Assembly: GCA_964291655.2 (NCBI GenBank)
Contig: OZ219802.1
Span: 1,024,001 to 1,088,000, forward strand
From: Chloroflexota bacterium
Lineage (GTDB): Bacteria; Chloroflexota; UBA11872; VXOZ01
Direction: 5' to 3'
DNA length: 64,000 nt
The translations under genes were made by a program, and so were the position numbers. The notes under the pieces are model-generated. The model was not told the DNA's origin, searched no databases, and saw nothing but the letters and a program-made list of their open reading frames with translations. This document shows positions 39,826 through 49,005 of the stretch, one piece after another (positions within the stretch are counted from its first letter, which is position 1; the number at the start of each line of letters is the position of its first letter).

Positions 39826-40285
39826 GAGCCTGTAACACGGATCAGCGCATGGCTGCCGCCGCGGAATACGCAGCACGCTGGGAGGGGCACGACATGTCGT
39901 GCCCCTACGATATGCTTATCAATGGGGATACGCCACGAGCAGCAGACTCAGGAGCAGGCCAGCAGGCCGGATGTCTCACTCTCCTCACGCATGACGTGAT
40001 CACCCGGATAGCTGTCATTCTGTTTGCACTGAACGGACAGGTCTAGCGGGAAGGACTCGCTATCCTCGCACCTACTCTTCCACACCTCTTACTAACACGA
40101 GACGAACCATCATTGGGGAGACCAAGAAAGTGGGGTCGGACTGGCAGGTCGTGGGACCGCCAACATCTTGTCCAAATCGTCCCGTCGCTGTATAGGGAAT
40201 TGGGACACTTGGTGAGCTACTTGGGAGGCACATCGCCCGCGGCAATGCCCACTTCCCTTGAGCCGTTGATGTCTGCCTCCACCGA

Positions 40286-40500
40286 GTCAGCTTGCGATAT
40301 GTACCGTCCAGCGCGGACTCAGGCAGGATTGGGTTCTGGTCGGCCTAGGTGTCGCGCAGCCGCCGTTCCAAATCCAACTGTCCGCAGCCGTCGCGATTGG
40401 AGTTTGGAGGATTGAGAACGACTTCCGGAACGATCATCACTTTCTAGCCGAGATCAGTGCGCCAACCGATTGCGGCTTTTTGACTTGGGTTTGGGATGGT
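40286..40500 (-). pseudogene. hsdR: Decayed 5' fragment of type I restriction subunit hsdR
   Basis: Minus-strand translation AAIGWRTDLG*KV...RDGCGQLDLERRLRDT*ADQNPILPESALDGTYRKLTR resembles the HsdR N-terminus (GQVVLExRLRDALxRLNPxLPxxALxDAxRKLTR). Confidence 0.7.
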
Positions 40501-40528
40501 GTTCCTTCAACTCAGCCTAGCAGTCCAT

Positions 40529-41338
40529 TCACGATTGCGTATCCACGCCAGCGATTGACAAGATGAGCTCGCGAGAACGGCCAGCAATTACGTTGCTCTG
40601 TTTTGAGATGTATCTGTTGATGGTTTGAACGACTCCATCATCCACTACAACTAGCCGATCAGTACGGCCACCAGAAGGGGAAACTGCCACGTCGGAAGCG
40701 AGCGGCAACCAGTATTCCACGCTTGGATCGCTAAGGTGTGCACGCCCCGGGAGGGAGAATATGACCATTGGATGGCTTCCAACAATGAAGCTGAGTTCCA
40801 GATTCTGAACGACCACAACGCCTAATCCCTTGTTCAACAGAACAGAAAGAACGTCCTTACTTGTATTAGGCAAACTTTCCACCCATACGTTCTTAATGTT
40901 CCTATTCACCTCTTCTATCGAACCAAAGTACTTCGACAATTGCATCTTCAATTCTTCGGGAACTATTTTGGAGAGCACTTGATCACGAACTTCCGGCACG
41001 CGGCGCCACTGCAAGTAAAAATACTGGCACCATGCCACCTTTTCGGCATGAGTCAGATCGGGTGTCTTTTGCTGTCGAGCGGCGTCAACGATCTTGTCTA
41101 TCACTTCACTAACTTGTCCCTCCAGTTCCGCAAGAAATTCTTCCACTTTCACATTCTTGTTTCCACTGCTGTCTACAGTCGTGTACAAATGGTTTTTAAC
41201 AAGGAGATTTTTCGGAGTTGTCACTTGAACACCGCGATCTGCGCGACGTTTGTCGAAGAAGTAAAGTTTCCCTTCTGGATTCGCAAATCGCCTAGATATC
41301 ATACGCGGGATATAGTGATGACGTTTCGGATAGCTCAA
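40529..41338 (-). CDS. DUF4238-domain protein
   Basis: KRHHYIPR, HLYT, VEEFLAELEG, SFIVGSHP, LPLASDVAV; lower GC than flanks. Confidence 0.85.
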   Translation of the reverse strand: MSYPKRHHYIPRMISRRFANPEGKLYFFDKRRADRGVQVTTPKNLLVKNHLYTTVDSSGNKNVKVEEFLAELEGQVSEVIDKIVDAARQQKTPDLTHAEKVAWCQYFYLQWRRVPEVRDQVLSKIVPEELKMQLSKYFGSIEEVNRNIKNVWVESLPNTSKDVLSVLLNKGLGVVVVQNLELSFIVGSHPMVIFSLPGRAHLSDPSVEYWLPLASDVAVSPSGGRTDRLVVVDDGVVQTINRYISKQSNVIAGRSRELILSIAGVDTQS

Positions 41339-41695
41339 CTGACGATCATCTCCTCTATCGCTAGCTTCGGCATCATTGCATCATACTAAGAAACGAGCCC
41401 AAAGCTGTCGGCTCTAGATGCCTCCACCCTATCGATAGAGTGGAGGCATCTACCTTCGAAATACAATCCAGTACCTCGAAGTAGGCGATAAGGCTTGCCT
41501 CTTCAGTTTCAGCTACGACCGTCGCCCAATGCAAGTGATTGCGGTTGAGGCCTGGGACCGCTGTCCTGTCCGATTGCGCCGAATAGTCATGATCGCAATG
41601 TAGCTATTCTACGAATCGAGGGCCGTTTCCCTTGGTGTCGCGAATATAGAGAGTTGCATTTAGGGTCAGAAGCCATCCGGCAGATAGAAGGCTCG
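41335..41695 (-). pseudogene. hsdS: Decayed 3' fragment of type I specificity subunit hsdS
   Basis: Minus-strand translation F*P/NATLYIRDTKGNGPRFVE*...SDRTAVPGLNRNHLH and terminal LVS*YDAMMPKLAIEEMIVS* (cf. RDALLPKLxSGELRV). Confidence 0.75.
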
Positions 41696-41959
41696 TGTCA
41701 CAGTAACCGTCAGTGTGGGAGGAGCTCAGCGATCTCTTCCTGCGAAAGCGCTGGCGACATTTGACAGAGCCCATTCCGCAGGTCCTTCAAGGCGGGCGCT
41801 TTGAAGTGGGGGCTCAGCTCAAAGGATGCTAGAAGCCCCGGCTTGGCTGAACAGCCTGCCGAGATGTTCCGGTTCCGGGTGCAGTACAGTGATGGTGCCC
41901 CATTCGCCGGCATGCTCGCTAATTGCGTCGGAGACTTTGACTGCGTTGAAAACTGCGAC

Positions 41960-43213
41960 CTACGCCAGCCCGGCCGCGGCTTCCCAGTCCGGATCGGCGG
42001 TGAAGCGCTCGTCGATTGGGGTGAAGTCACGGGGATAGGTTGCCATGTGCGCTGTCGCCGGCCGGGCCGGATCTCTACTCACCGCGAGCCTGCCTTCCTT
42101 GAAGACGTAGCGGACATTGGCATAATTCACTACCGCCTGGATGTCGCTGGCGGGATCGCCGTCCACCACTACCACGTCGGCAAGCTTGCCCTTTTCTAAC
42201 GTGCCGAGCCGGTCGTCGATCTTCATTGCTTCAGCCGAACCCTTCGTGGCCACGCCGATGGCTTCCAGCGGGCTCAGGCCGCAGCCCACGAACTCCTGGA
42301 GTTCAAAGCCGCTGTCCCAGATGTCCCAAGGCGGTGTGCTCGGGCAGTCGGTACCTAGCCCCATCTTCACGCCCATCTTGTGCGCCAGGCGCACACCCTC
42401 GCGGTGGACGTAGTGAGCCTCGCCCATCTTGCGGGTTTCCCACGGGCGATCAGCGCCGTACTTTATCGCCATGTTCTGGCGGGAAGTAACACGGAGCGTC
42501 GGCACGAAGAAGAGTTCGTTCTCCAAAATTCCCTGCAGAGCTTTTTCGTCGATGAGCGCGCCGTGGTGAATCTGATCGCAGCCGGCCTGAATTGCCATGT
42601 CCAGCCCCGGTTGCGTGTGGCAGTGCACCACCACGAGCCGCCCGACGCTGTGGGCTTCGTGTACCAGGGCATCCAGCTCCTCCTGGGTGTAGTCCAGCCA
42701 CCAGGTCTCTTCGTCTTCCGCCCAGAAGCCGCCGCTGGCAGCCGTCTTGATGAAGTCAACCTTGGCCTGCACCATTTCGCGTACGGCTTTGCGCACTTCC
42801 CACGGGCCGTCCGCCACCCGACCCCGTACGTGGCCGTTGGTACAGTCCACCACCGCGCCAACAATGAGCCGGGCGCACTCCGGGAACCAGCCGTCCGCAA
42901 TCGCCTGGCGGCACTGCGTGGAGGCCGGCGGCATGGTGCCGGCAACGTGGGCGATGGTGGTGAAGCCCGCCAGGAGCGACTTGCGCAGCTTCTGCAGCGC
43001 CTGATACGGCCCGTGCAGGTGCACGTGCAGGTCCATCATGCCGGGCAGGAGGCTCGTGCCCGCAACGTCGATGACCTCGGCATCCGGCGGGATATCCACA
43101 TTGCTGCCCACAGCCTCGATGCGATTATCCACAATAAGAACGGCACCGTCCACAAGCGGCGGCCCGCCATTGCCGTCAATTATCCTGCCGTTTATGAGCG
43201 CTGTTTTTGCCAC
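41960..43213 (-). CDS. Metal-dependent amidohydrolase (prolidase-like subgroup)
   Basis: LLPGMMDLHVH, IKTAASGG, VHCH, IHHG, GTD, GKLADVVVVDGDP. Confidence 0.92.
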   Translation of the reverse strand: MAKTALINGRIIDGNGGPPLVDGAVLIVDNRIEAVGSNVDIPPDAEVIDVAGTSLLPGMMDLHVHLHGPYQALQKLRKSLLAGFTTIAHVAGTMPPASTQCRQAIADGWFPECARLIVGAVVDCTNGHVRGRVADGPWEVRKAVREMVQAKVDFIKTAASGGFWAEDEETWWLDYTQEELDALVHEAHSVGRLVVVHCHTQPGLDMAIQAGCDQIHHGALIDEKALQGILENELFFVPTLRVTSRQNMAIKYGADRPWETRKMGEAHYVHREGVRLAHKMGVKMGLGTDCPSTPPWDIWDSGFELQEFVGCGLSPLEAIGVATKGSAEAMKIDDRLGTLEKGKLADVVVVDGDPASDIQAVVNYANVRYVFKEGRLAVSRDPARPATAHMATYPRDFTPIDERFTADPDWEAAAGLA

Positions 43214-43837
43214 GGTGAGTTTCTCCTTGCAGAAGCGAGTAGGCTGTGTTCAATCAAATCAAAGGGCAATTGTGTGTCCCACCTAGACCGTTTGCGATGC
43301 GCCTTTCAATGCCGGGCACACCTCGGGGCCAAAGAGCGAACCTTGGTCTCCCTTTGTACCCACCGCGGCAAGAGTGTGCTGGTCTTGCCTCTGGAGCGGG
43401 GTGGGTGACCAATCTATAGGTGTACCGCCAAGTAAGCCACCATTGAGTCCAATAGCTGAGGTCTCAGATTGCTCCGGCTGAACTGGCCTGACATGGACCG
43501 AGCGCTCATTGCGCAACGGCTGGGCAAGCCATCTGGATCGTCATTCCCGCGAAAGTGGGGATCCATCCATAGCGATTGGCCGCAACGTTCGTCAGCGAAG
43601 AGCGGGGGACAAACCCCCGCTCTTCGCTTTGAATGCCGCTGATAGGGCAAAGTAGCGAGAAGCGGCCACAAGCCCCATTCCGTATCGACCACAAGCCAAA
43701 CGGTAGTACAGGTTTGTAACCTGTGTCCGCTATTCCTCTCGTGCCAAGCACGGAGCAGACCAAGCCCTGCCAGTCCTCATATCGATGAAGGGCCCTTGAA
43801 CGGACTTGGGCAAAGCACAGTGCCTGTAGGACGTGCT

Positions 43838-45142
43838 CTAGCTCATGTTGTCCGCCAGGAATTGGTTCGCGATATCACCCGCGGTCCTGATGGCCTCCTG
43901 CGGCGTGACCTCGCCCGCAATTGCTTTATACATCTCGGCTGAGACCAACGGCATGATGGCCCGGATGTGCGGGTGCGGAATGTCATAGTGCATGTTCTGG
44001 CTCTGCTCGATGAACGTCGGCATCCAGCCATCGTACTCCTCGCCGACGAAGTCTACTTCGATGTCGCTCCTCACTGGGAGCAGGAAGACGAGCTTGAGGA
44101 ACGCCTTCACGTTCTCGGGCTGCAAGGTATGCGCCAGCAGTTGTATGGCCGCATCGGACTGCGGGCTTACCGGCACCACCCAGCCTGAGAGCGAACCAAA
44201 GCCGAGTTGCTTTTCCTTCTGCCAGGCGGGGCTGGCCGCGAGCCAGGGGATGTTGCCGTTGTCGAAGGGGCGCTTCACATGGGTGGGCGTACGGGCGTTG
44301 ATCATGGCGCCGTAACCTTCAAAGTATGGCGTGGTGCCCTCAGCGGCAATCTTCTTGTTAAAGAGATCGGTCAAGAATTCCAATGCCGCCAGACCGGGGT
44401 CTTCATCAAATGTGACTGACCGGCCGTCCTCAGCGAAGAACTCGCCACCGGCCTGCCAGAGCACCGGATTGAACCACGAGTTCAGCGTGTTCTTACTGGT
44501 GGTGACGGTCAGGCCAAACTGGTCGGAGCCGTCCGCCCTCTTCTGGGTTAGTTGCCGTGCGATCTCCGCTACGTCATCCCACTGGGTGGGCGGCTCGTTG
44601 ATGCCGGCGTTCTCGAAGATATCCTTGTTGTAGAGGGGAATATTCACGCTCTGCCGGTGCGGAAGGAAGTGCAGGACCCCGCTAAAAGTGCCAGCCTCGA
44701 CGATACCGGGGAGATAGGCGCCCAATTCGCCAAAGTCTCCCGCTTTGGCCGCGGGACCGAGATCCGCCAGGAAGCCGCGGTCAGCGTACATGGCGACAAA
44801 GTCGAGGAAGCCTTGCATGAGCGCCGGTGGCGCGCCGGCCGCCACCGCAGCCGGGAATTTCTCACCACGAAAGTTGCCGGCCGGCTGGGATTGCACGACC
44901 ACGGCTCCCGGATGCATTTCCTGAAACGCGTCCAGCACCGCCCCCGGCAGGTATTGGGAGCTATAGCCCCATACCTGAAAGACGCCGGTTATCCCCGCCG
45001 GCTCCTCTGGCGCCGCAGGCGCGTCACTCTCCGGCGCTTCCGGCGCCGCCACCGTCTGCACCTGGCCGCAGGCAGCGAGCAGACTCGCTCCAATACCTAC
45101 GCCAACTCCCGCCAACATCTGTCGTCTACTCATGCGCGCCAT
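43838..45142 (-). CDS. ABC sugar-type solute-binding protein, Tat lipoprotein
   Basis: MSRRQML, LAAC, LYNKDIFENAGI, PTQWD. Confidence 0.9.
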   Translation of the reverse strand: MARMSRRQMLAGVGVGIGASLLAACGQVQTVAAPEAPESDAPAAPEEPAGITGVFQVWGYSSQYLPGAVLDAFQEMHPGAVVVQSQPAGNFRGEKFPAAVAAGAPPALMQGFLDFVAMYADRGFLADLGPAAKAGDFGELGAYLPGIVEAGTFSGVLHFLPHRQSVNIPLYNKDIFENAGINEPPTQWDDVAEIARQLTQKRADGSDQFGLTVTTSKNTLNSWFNPVLWQAGGEFFAEDGRSVTFDEDPGLAALEFLTDLFNKKIAAEGTTPYFEGYGAMINARTPTHVKRPFDNGNIPWLAASPAWQKEKQLGFGSLSGWVVPVSPQSDAAIQLLAHTLQPENVKAFLKLVFLLPVRSDIEVDFVGEEYDGWMPTFIEQSQNMHYDIPHPHIRAIMPLVSAEMYKAIAGEVTPQEAIRTAGDIANQFLADNMS

Positions 45143-45419
45143 GACGCTACCTCCTAAAGTGTGACAATTTGTTGCCGGGCATCCACGGCCTGTTACTGCA
45201 AGCCAGAAGCTTACCGCAGTCCGGCAGCATCTCCACCCCGACAACTCTCAAAGCAACGAATTCAAGGATAGTACAAATCCATAACTCGTCAATGCTGAAT
45301 GTATAGCACCCTCCTCTTGGTGTCAAACTTTGGTCGCTGTAGAAGGGTCAAATTCATGCTCGCCGTTGCCATTCGCGCACCATTTCAAGAGTTGCGGGCA
45401 GGGCAAAAGTGAGATGCGT

Positions 45420-45449
45420 TGACTCTGTCGGGCTCTTTGCTGCATAGTG
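45420..45449 (+). promoter_or_regulatory. Candidate promoter of the sterol reductase pair
   Basis: TTGACT-18 nt-CATAGT. Confidence 0.45.
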
Positions 45450-45519
45450 TGTGTCAATAACCCCTCCCTTTTTGCCACGCCCATCGAGTCTCCACCACCG
45501 GAATGAGAGGTATGCGGTC

Positions 45520-46659
45520 ATGATTGAATGGCTTGGTATCGAACATCTAGTCGAGCTATCCGGGCAGGAAGCGCTCCTGGGGTTTCTCACCCCGCTGGCG
45601 ATCCTCGTCCTGTTCTTCCTGGTGCAGCTCATTCTGCCGGGCAGGTGGGTGACCGGCTACGTCACCGATCGGGAGACCGGTGAACCCCGCAATTACAAGC
45701 TAAACGGTCTGCTGGTGTATGTCATCGCGCTGGTCGTGTGGGCCCTTGAGCTCACCGGCATGCCGCGCGACTGGTTCTACCGGTCGGCGCTTTACGCGGT
45801 GGCCGGAGGTACGGTGGTTATCACTATTCTCGCGCTCATTGCGGTGTTCAGCCGGCCCCGGGGCGAAAGTGAGAATCCCCTGGTGGCCCTTTGGCTGGGA
45901 CGGGCCCAGGAGATGTCGTTCTTCAAGAACCGCATTGACGTTAAGATGTACTTCTACGTGGTCGGCGGCACGATGCTCTCGCTCAACGCGCTTTCCGGCG
46001 CTGCATATAATTACGCTCGCTTTGGCGCTGACTTCAATCCGGGCGTCTTTCTCTTTGCGGCGTTCGTGACGTACTACGTCGTGGACTACTTCATCTTCGA
46101 GCGCGTCCAACTCTACACGTACGATATAATCCATGAGAAGCTGGGCTTCAAGATTTTCTGGGGCGGCATCATGGTCTACGGTTGGCTCTATATTCTGCCG
46201 CTGTGGGGCATAGCCGCGCTGCCGCATCCCGGTTTTTCAACGACGGGGACGATTGTGTGGCTAGTTGCATCGGTTGCGCTGTTCTTCCTCGGCTGGACGA
46301 TTACGCGCGGCGCCAACCTGCAGAAGTACACCTTCAAGCGCTGGCCCGACCGCAAGTTTCTGGGGATCATCGAGCCGACGTACATCGAGGCCGGCGATCG
46401 TAAGATCCTTACCAGCGGTTTCTGGCGCCCCGCCCGCCACTTCAACTACCTGGGCGAAGGGATCCTCTCCTTTTCATACGGCTTGGCGTTCGGCTACTTC
46501 ACCAATCCCTGGGCATGGACGTACTTCGTATTCATCGTCACCATCTTCACCCTGCGGCAACGCGAAGACGAAGAAGCGTGCGAAGCGAAGTACGGCCCGG
46601 AGAAGTGGGCGGAGTACCAGGAGCGGGTGAAGTACCGCATCATCCCCGGAATCTATTAG
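45520..46659 (+). CDS. ERG4/ERG24-family sterol reductase (C14/Delta7/Delta24-type), copy 1
   Basis: Multi-TM; NYKLNG, DIIHEKLGFK, GANLQKYTFK, TSGFWRPARHFNYLGE, EDEEACEAKYG..W.EY..RVKYRIIPGIY. Confidence 0.9.
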   Translation: MIEWLGIEHLVELSGQEALLGFLTPLAILVLFFLVQLILPGRWVTGYVTDRETGEPRNYKLNGLLVYVIALVVWALELTGMPRDWFYRSALYAVAGGTVVITILALIAVFSRPRGESENPLVALWLGRAQEMSFFKNRIDVKMYFYVVGGTMLSLNALSGAAYNYARFGADFNPGVFLFAAFVTYYVVDYFIFERVQLYTYDIIHEKLGFKIFWGGIMVYGWLYILPLWGIAALPHPGFSTTGTIVWLVASVALFFLGWTITRGANLQKYTFKRWPDRKFLGIIEPTYIEAGDRKILTSGFWRPARHFNYLGEGILSFSYGLAFGYFTNPWAWTYFVFIVTIFTLRQREDEEACEAKYGPEKWAEYQERVKYRIIPGIY

Positions 46660-46712
46660 GCGTGCTGCTCTCATAGCAATGACGATTGCCCAACAGAAAG
46701 CGATTAGCTGTC

Positions 46713-47852
46713 ATGCTTGAACGGCTTGGAATCGAGCACCTTTTCGCGCTTACCGGCACGGAAGCGCTGCTGGGCTTTCTCACCCCCTTGGCGCTCTTCG
46801 TCGTGTTCTTCCTGGCGCAGCTCATCCTGCCGGGCAGGCGGGTACCCGGCTACGTCTCTGATCCGGCGACCGGCGAACCCCGCAGCTACAAGCTGAGCGG
46901 CCTGCTGGTGTTTGTCCTCGCGCTGGTCGTGTGGCGGCTCGAACTCACCGGCATGCCCCGCGATTGGTTCTACCGATCGGCACCCTACGCGGTGGCCGGC
47001 GGCTCAGTGGTTGCGTTGGTTCTGACAATTATCGCGGTGTTCAGCCAGCCGCGTGGCGAGGTAGAGAATCCCATCGCGGCCTTCTGGATGGGGCGGGCGC
47101 AGGAGCTGTCGTTCTTCAACAACCGCTTCGACGTGAAGATGTACCTCTACGTCGTCGGCGGGACGATGCTGGCGCTCAACGCGCTCTCCGCCGCCGCGTA
47201 TCACTACGCCCGCTTTGGCGCGGACTCCAACCCGGGCGTTTTTCTCTTTGCGGCGTTCATGACGTTCTATATCGCGGACTACTTCGTCTTCGAGCGCGTC
47301 CAGCTCTATACATACGACTTGATCCACGAGAAACTGGGCTTCAAGCTGATCTGGGGCGCTCTCATGGTCTGGGGATGGCTGTACGTTCTGCCAATCTGGG
47401 GCATGGCGGCACTGCCGCGCCCGGAAGTCTCGTCGCCGTGGACGTACGTCTTGCTCGGTGGCACGGCTGCGCTGCTCTGGTTCGGCTGGAGCATCTCGCG
47501 CGGCGCAAGCCTGCAGAAGTACACGTTCAAGCGCTGGCCGGACCGCAAATTCCTGGGGCTCATCGAACCTGAATACATCGCGGCCGGCGACCGCAAGATC
47601 CTGTGCAACGGACTCTGGGGCCCCGCGCGGCACTTCAACTACATGGGCGAGGTGCTCATCGCCCTGGCCGTTGCACTGCTCTTCGGCCACTTCGCGAACC
47701 CCTGGGCGTGGGTATACTTCGTCTACATGACAACGTACATCATCACGCACCAACGTGACGACGAAAAGGAATGCGTCGAGAAGTACGGCGCGGAAAAGTG
47801 GGCGGAGTACCAGGCAAAGGTGAAGTACCGGGTCTTTCCCGGCATCTACTAG
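46713..47852 (+). CDS. ERG4/ERG24-family sterol reductase, copy 2
   Basis: DLIHEKLGFK, GLWGPARHFNYMGE, HQRDDEKECVEKYG, VKYRVFPGIY. Confidence 0.9.
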   Translation: MLERLGIEHLFALTGTEALLGFLTPLALFVVFFLAQLILPGRRVPGYVSDPATGEPRSYKLSGLLVFVLALVVWRLELTGMPRDWFYRSAPYAVAGGSVVALVLTIIAVFSQPRGEVENPIAAFWMGRAQELSFFNNRFDVKMYLYVVGGTMLALNALSAAAYHYARFGADSNPGVFLFAAFMTFYIADYFVFERVQLYTYDLIHEKLGFKLIWGALMVWGWLYVLPIWGMAALPRPEVSSPWTYVLLGGTAALLWFGWSISRGASLQKYTFKRWPDRKFLGLIEPEYIAAGDRKILCNGLWGPARHFNYMGEVLIALAVALLFGHFANPWAWVYFVYMTTYIITHQRDDEKECVEKYGAEKWAEYQAKVKYRVFPGIY

Positions 47853-47995
47853 GCGGGAATTGCGCAACCCTATTGCAGGAAGCTTGGGCCAACTACTATC
47901 GCTCCCTCGACGCAGAGTCTGAAGTGGGTTTCTAGCGCAGTGAAGATTGGGCCAATACTCGGCTAATTCGGTACGACGACATAGGCGCAATTGCC

Positions 47996-48388
47996 CTATT
48001 CGGGCGTCCGGGAGACCAGGAATGAGTCTGAATTGAGGTCATCCAGGGTCCTGATAAGTTCCTTGGCGTCTTCAATTCCTTCCCCGACCGAGACTTCGTC
48101 CAAGTGCGCCTGATAGAAGTTTGCATGCAGCGCCTCCAATGATCGTAGCAATCTCCGTCTATGGCTAGCGTTGGACGGGTCTTGGTCAATTAGCCTGTTG
48201 GCATTCTCTATCAGTCTTCTGTGCGACCCCAGCGGCCAATTCCGCTGACGGGCAACAGAGTTTACAAAGTGTGAAACCGCTCCCCAAGCTTTCTCAGAGG
48301 CTTGTAGGAAATCGCCCTTACGTAGCTCAACCTCTGCATGTTCCAAGAACTGTAGGCTAATCTCTCGGTGCTGCTCTGCCGTAGCCAT
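47996..48388 (-). CDS. PaREP1-family (HEPN-fold) protein
   Basis: FLEHAEVELRKGDFLQASEKAWGA, SH, LHANFY. Confidence 0.85.
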   Translation of the reverse strand: MATAEQHREISLQFLEHAEVELRKGDFLQASEKAWGAVSHFVNSVARQRNWPLGSHRRLIENANRLIDQDPSNASHRRRLLRSLEALHANFYQAHLDEVSVGEGIEDAKELIRTLDDLNSDSFLVSRTPE

Positions 48389-48390
48389 TT

Positions 48391-48912
48391 CTACTCCCCT
48401 GTGTACGCCGTGGGCTCAGTGTACTCGATGAGCGAGAATTGGCCCCCGACCACCAAGAAGCGGATCGTTGTCTCAACGCCGTAGACGTCAAGCAGGTGGA
48501 GAGGCTCTCCTAACTCAAAATGCGCGGCAGGCGCTGCAAGTTTACCGTTTATGGCGATATTGTCACCGTAAACATAGCCATCTTTGTGCGGATTGAGCCG
48601 TCCTTCTATGCCTGGGATGTATCCTGTGCTTCGGATGAAAAGGAGTGCCTTTCTGTCATCCTTGGACGGCTCCAATTCCAAGGGAACTACCTCTGAATCT
48701 CCCGGCACAAGAGTTGTTGCGAATGGGAGATAGCCTTCTGCAGCTACAAGTACTGTCATGCACTGATCGACGCGGTATAGATTCAATTTGCAAAAGCCGT
48801 CAGCGTCAGTCTGACCTGTAAGATACCTCCCGTCAGGAAAAGCTGCTAGCACCGCGGCCTTGCCTACAGTCTCTCCACTCTGCGACTTCACTTGGAATAC
48901 TACGTCTGCCAT
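48391..48912 (-). CDS. Hypothetical beta-rich protein, probably co-transcribed with PaREP1
   Basis: Intact 173-aa ORF with SD GGAAGG; stop lies 2 nt before the PaREP1 ATG. Confidence 0.7.
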   Translation of the reverse strand: MADVVFQVKSQSGETVGKAAVLAAFPDGRYLTGQTDADGFCKLNLYRVDQCMTVLVAAEGYLPFATTLVPGDSEVVPLELEPSKDDRKALLFIRSTGYIPGIEGRLNPHKDGYVYGDNIAINGKLAAPAAHFELGEPLHLLDVYGVETTIRFLVVGGQFSLIEYTEPTAYTGE

Positions 48913-49005
48913 GCCTTCCCTTATCCCAATCGCCCTAAAAGAGCTTAGAGTTCAGTCCAGAATCCATTATCTCACGCATTCGCAGGCGCTTGCCATTAGT
49001 GAGAA

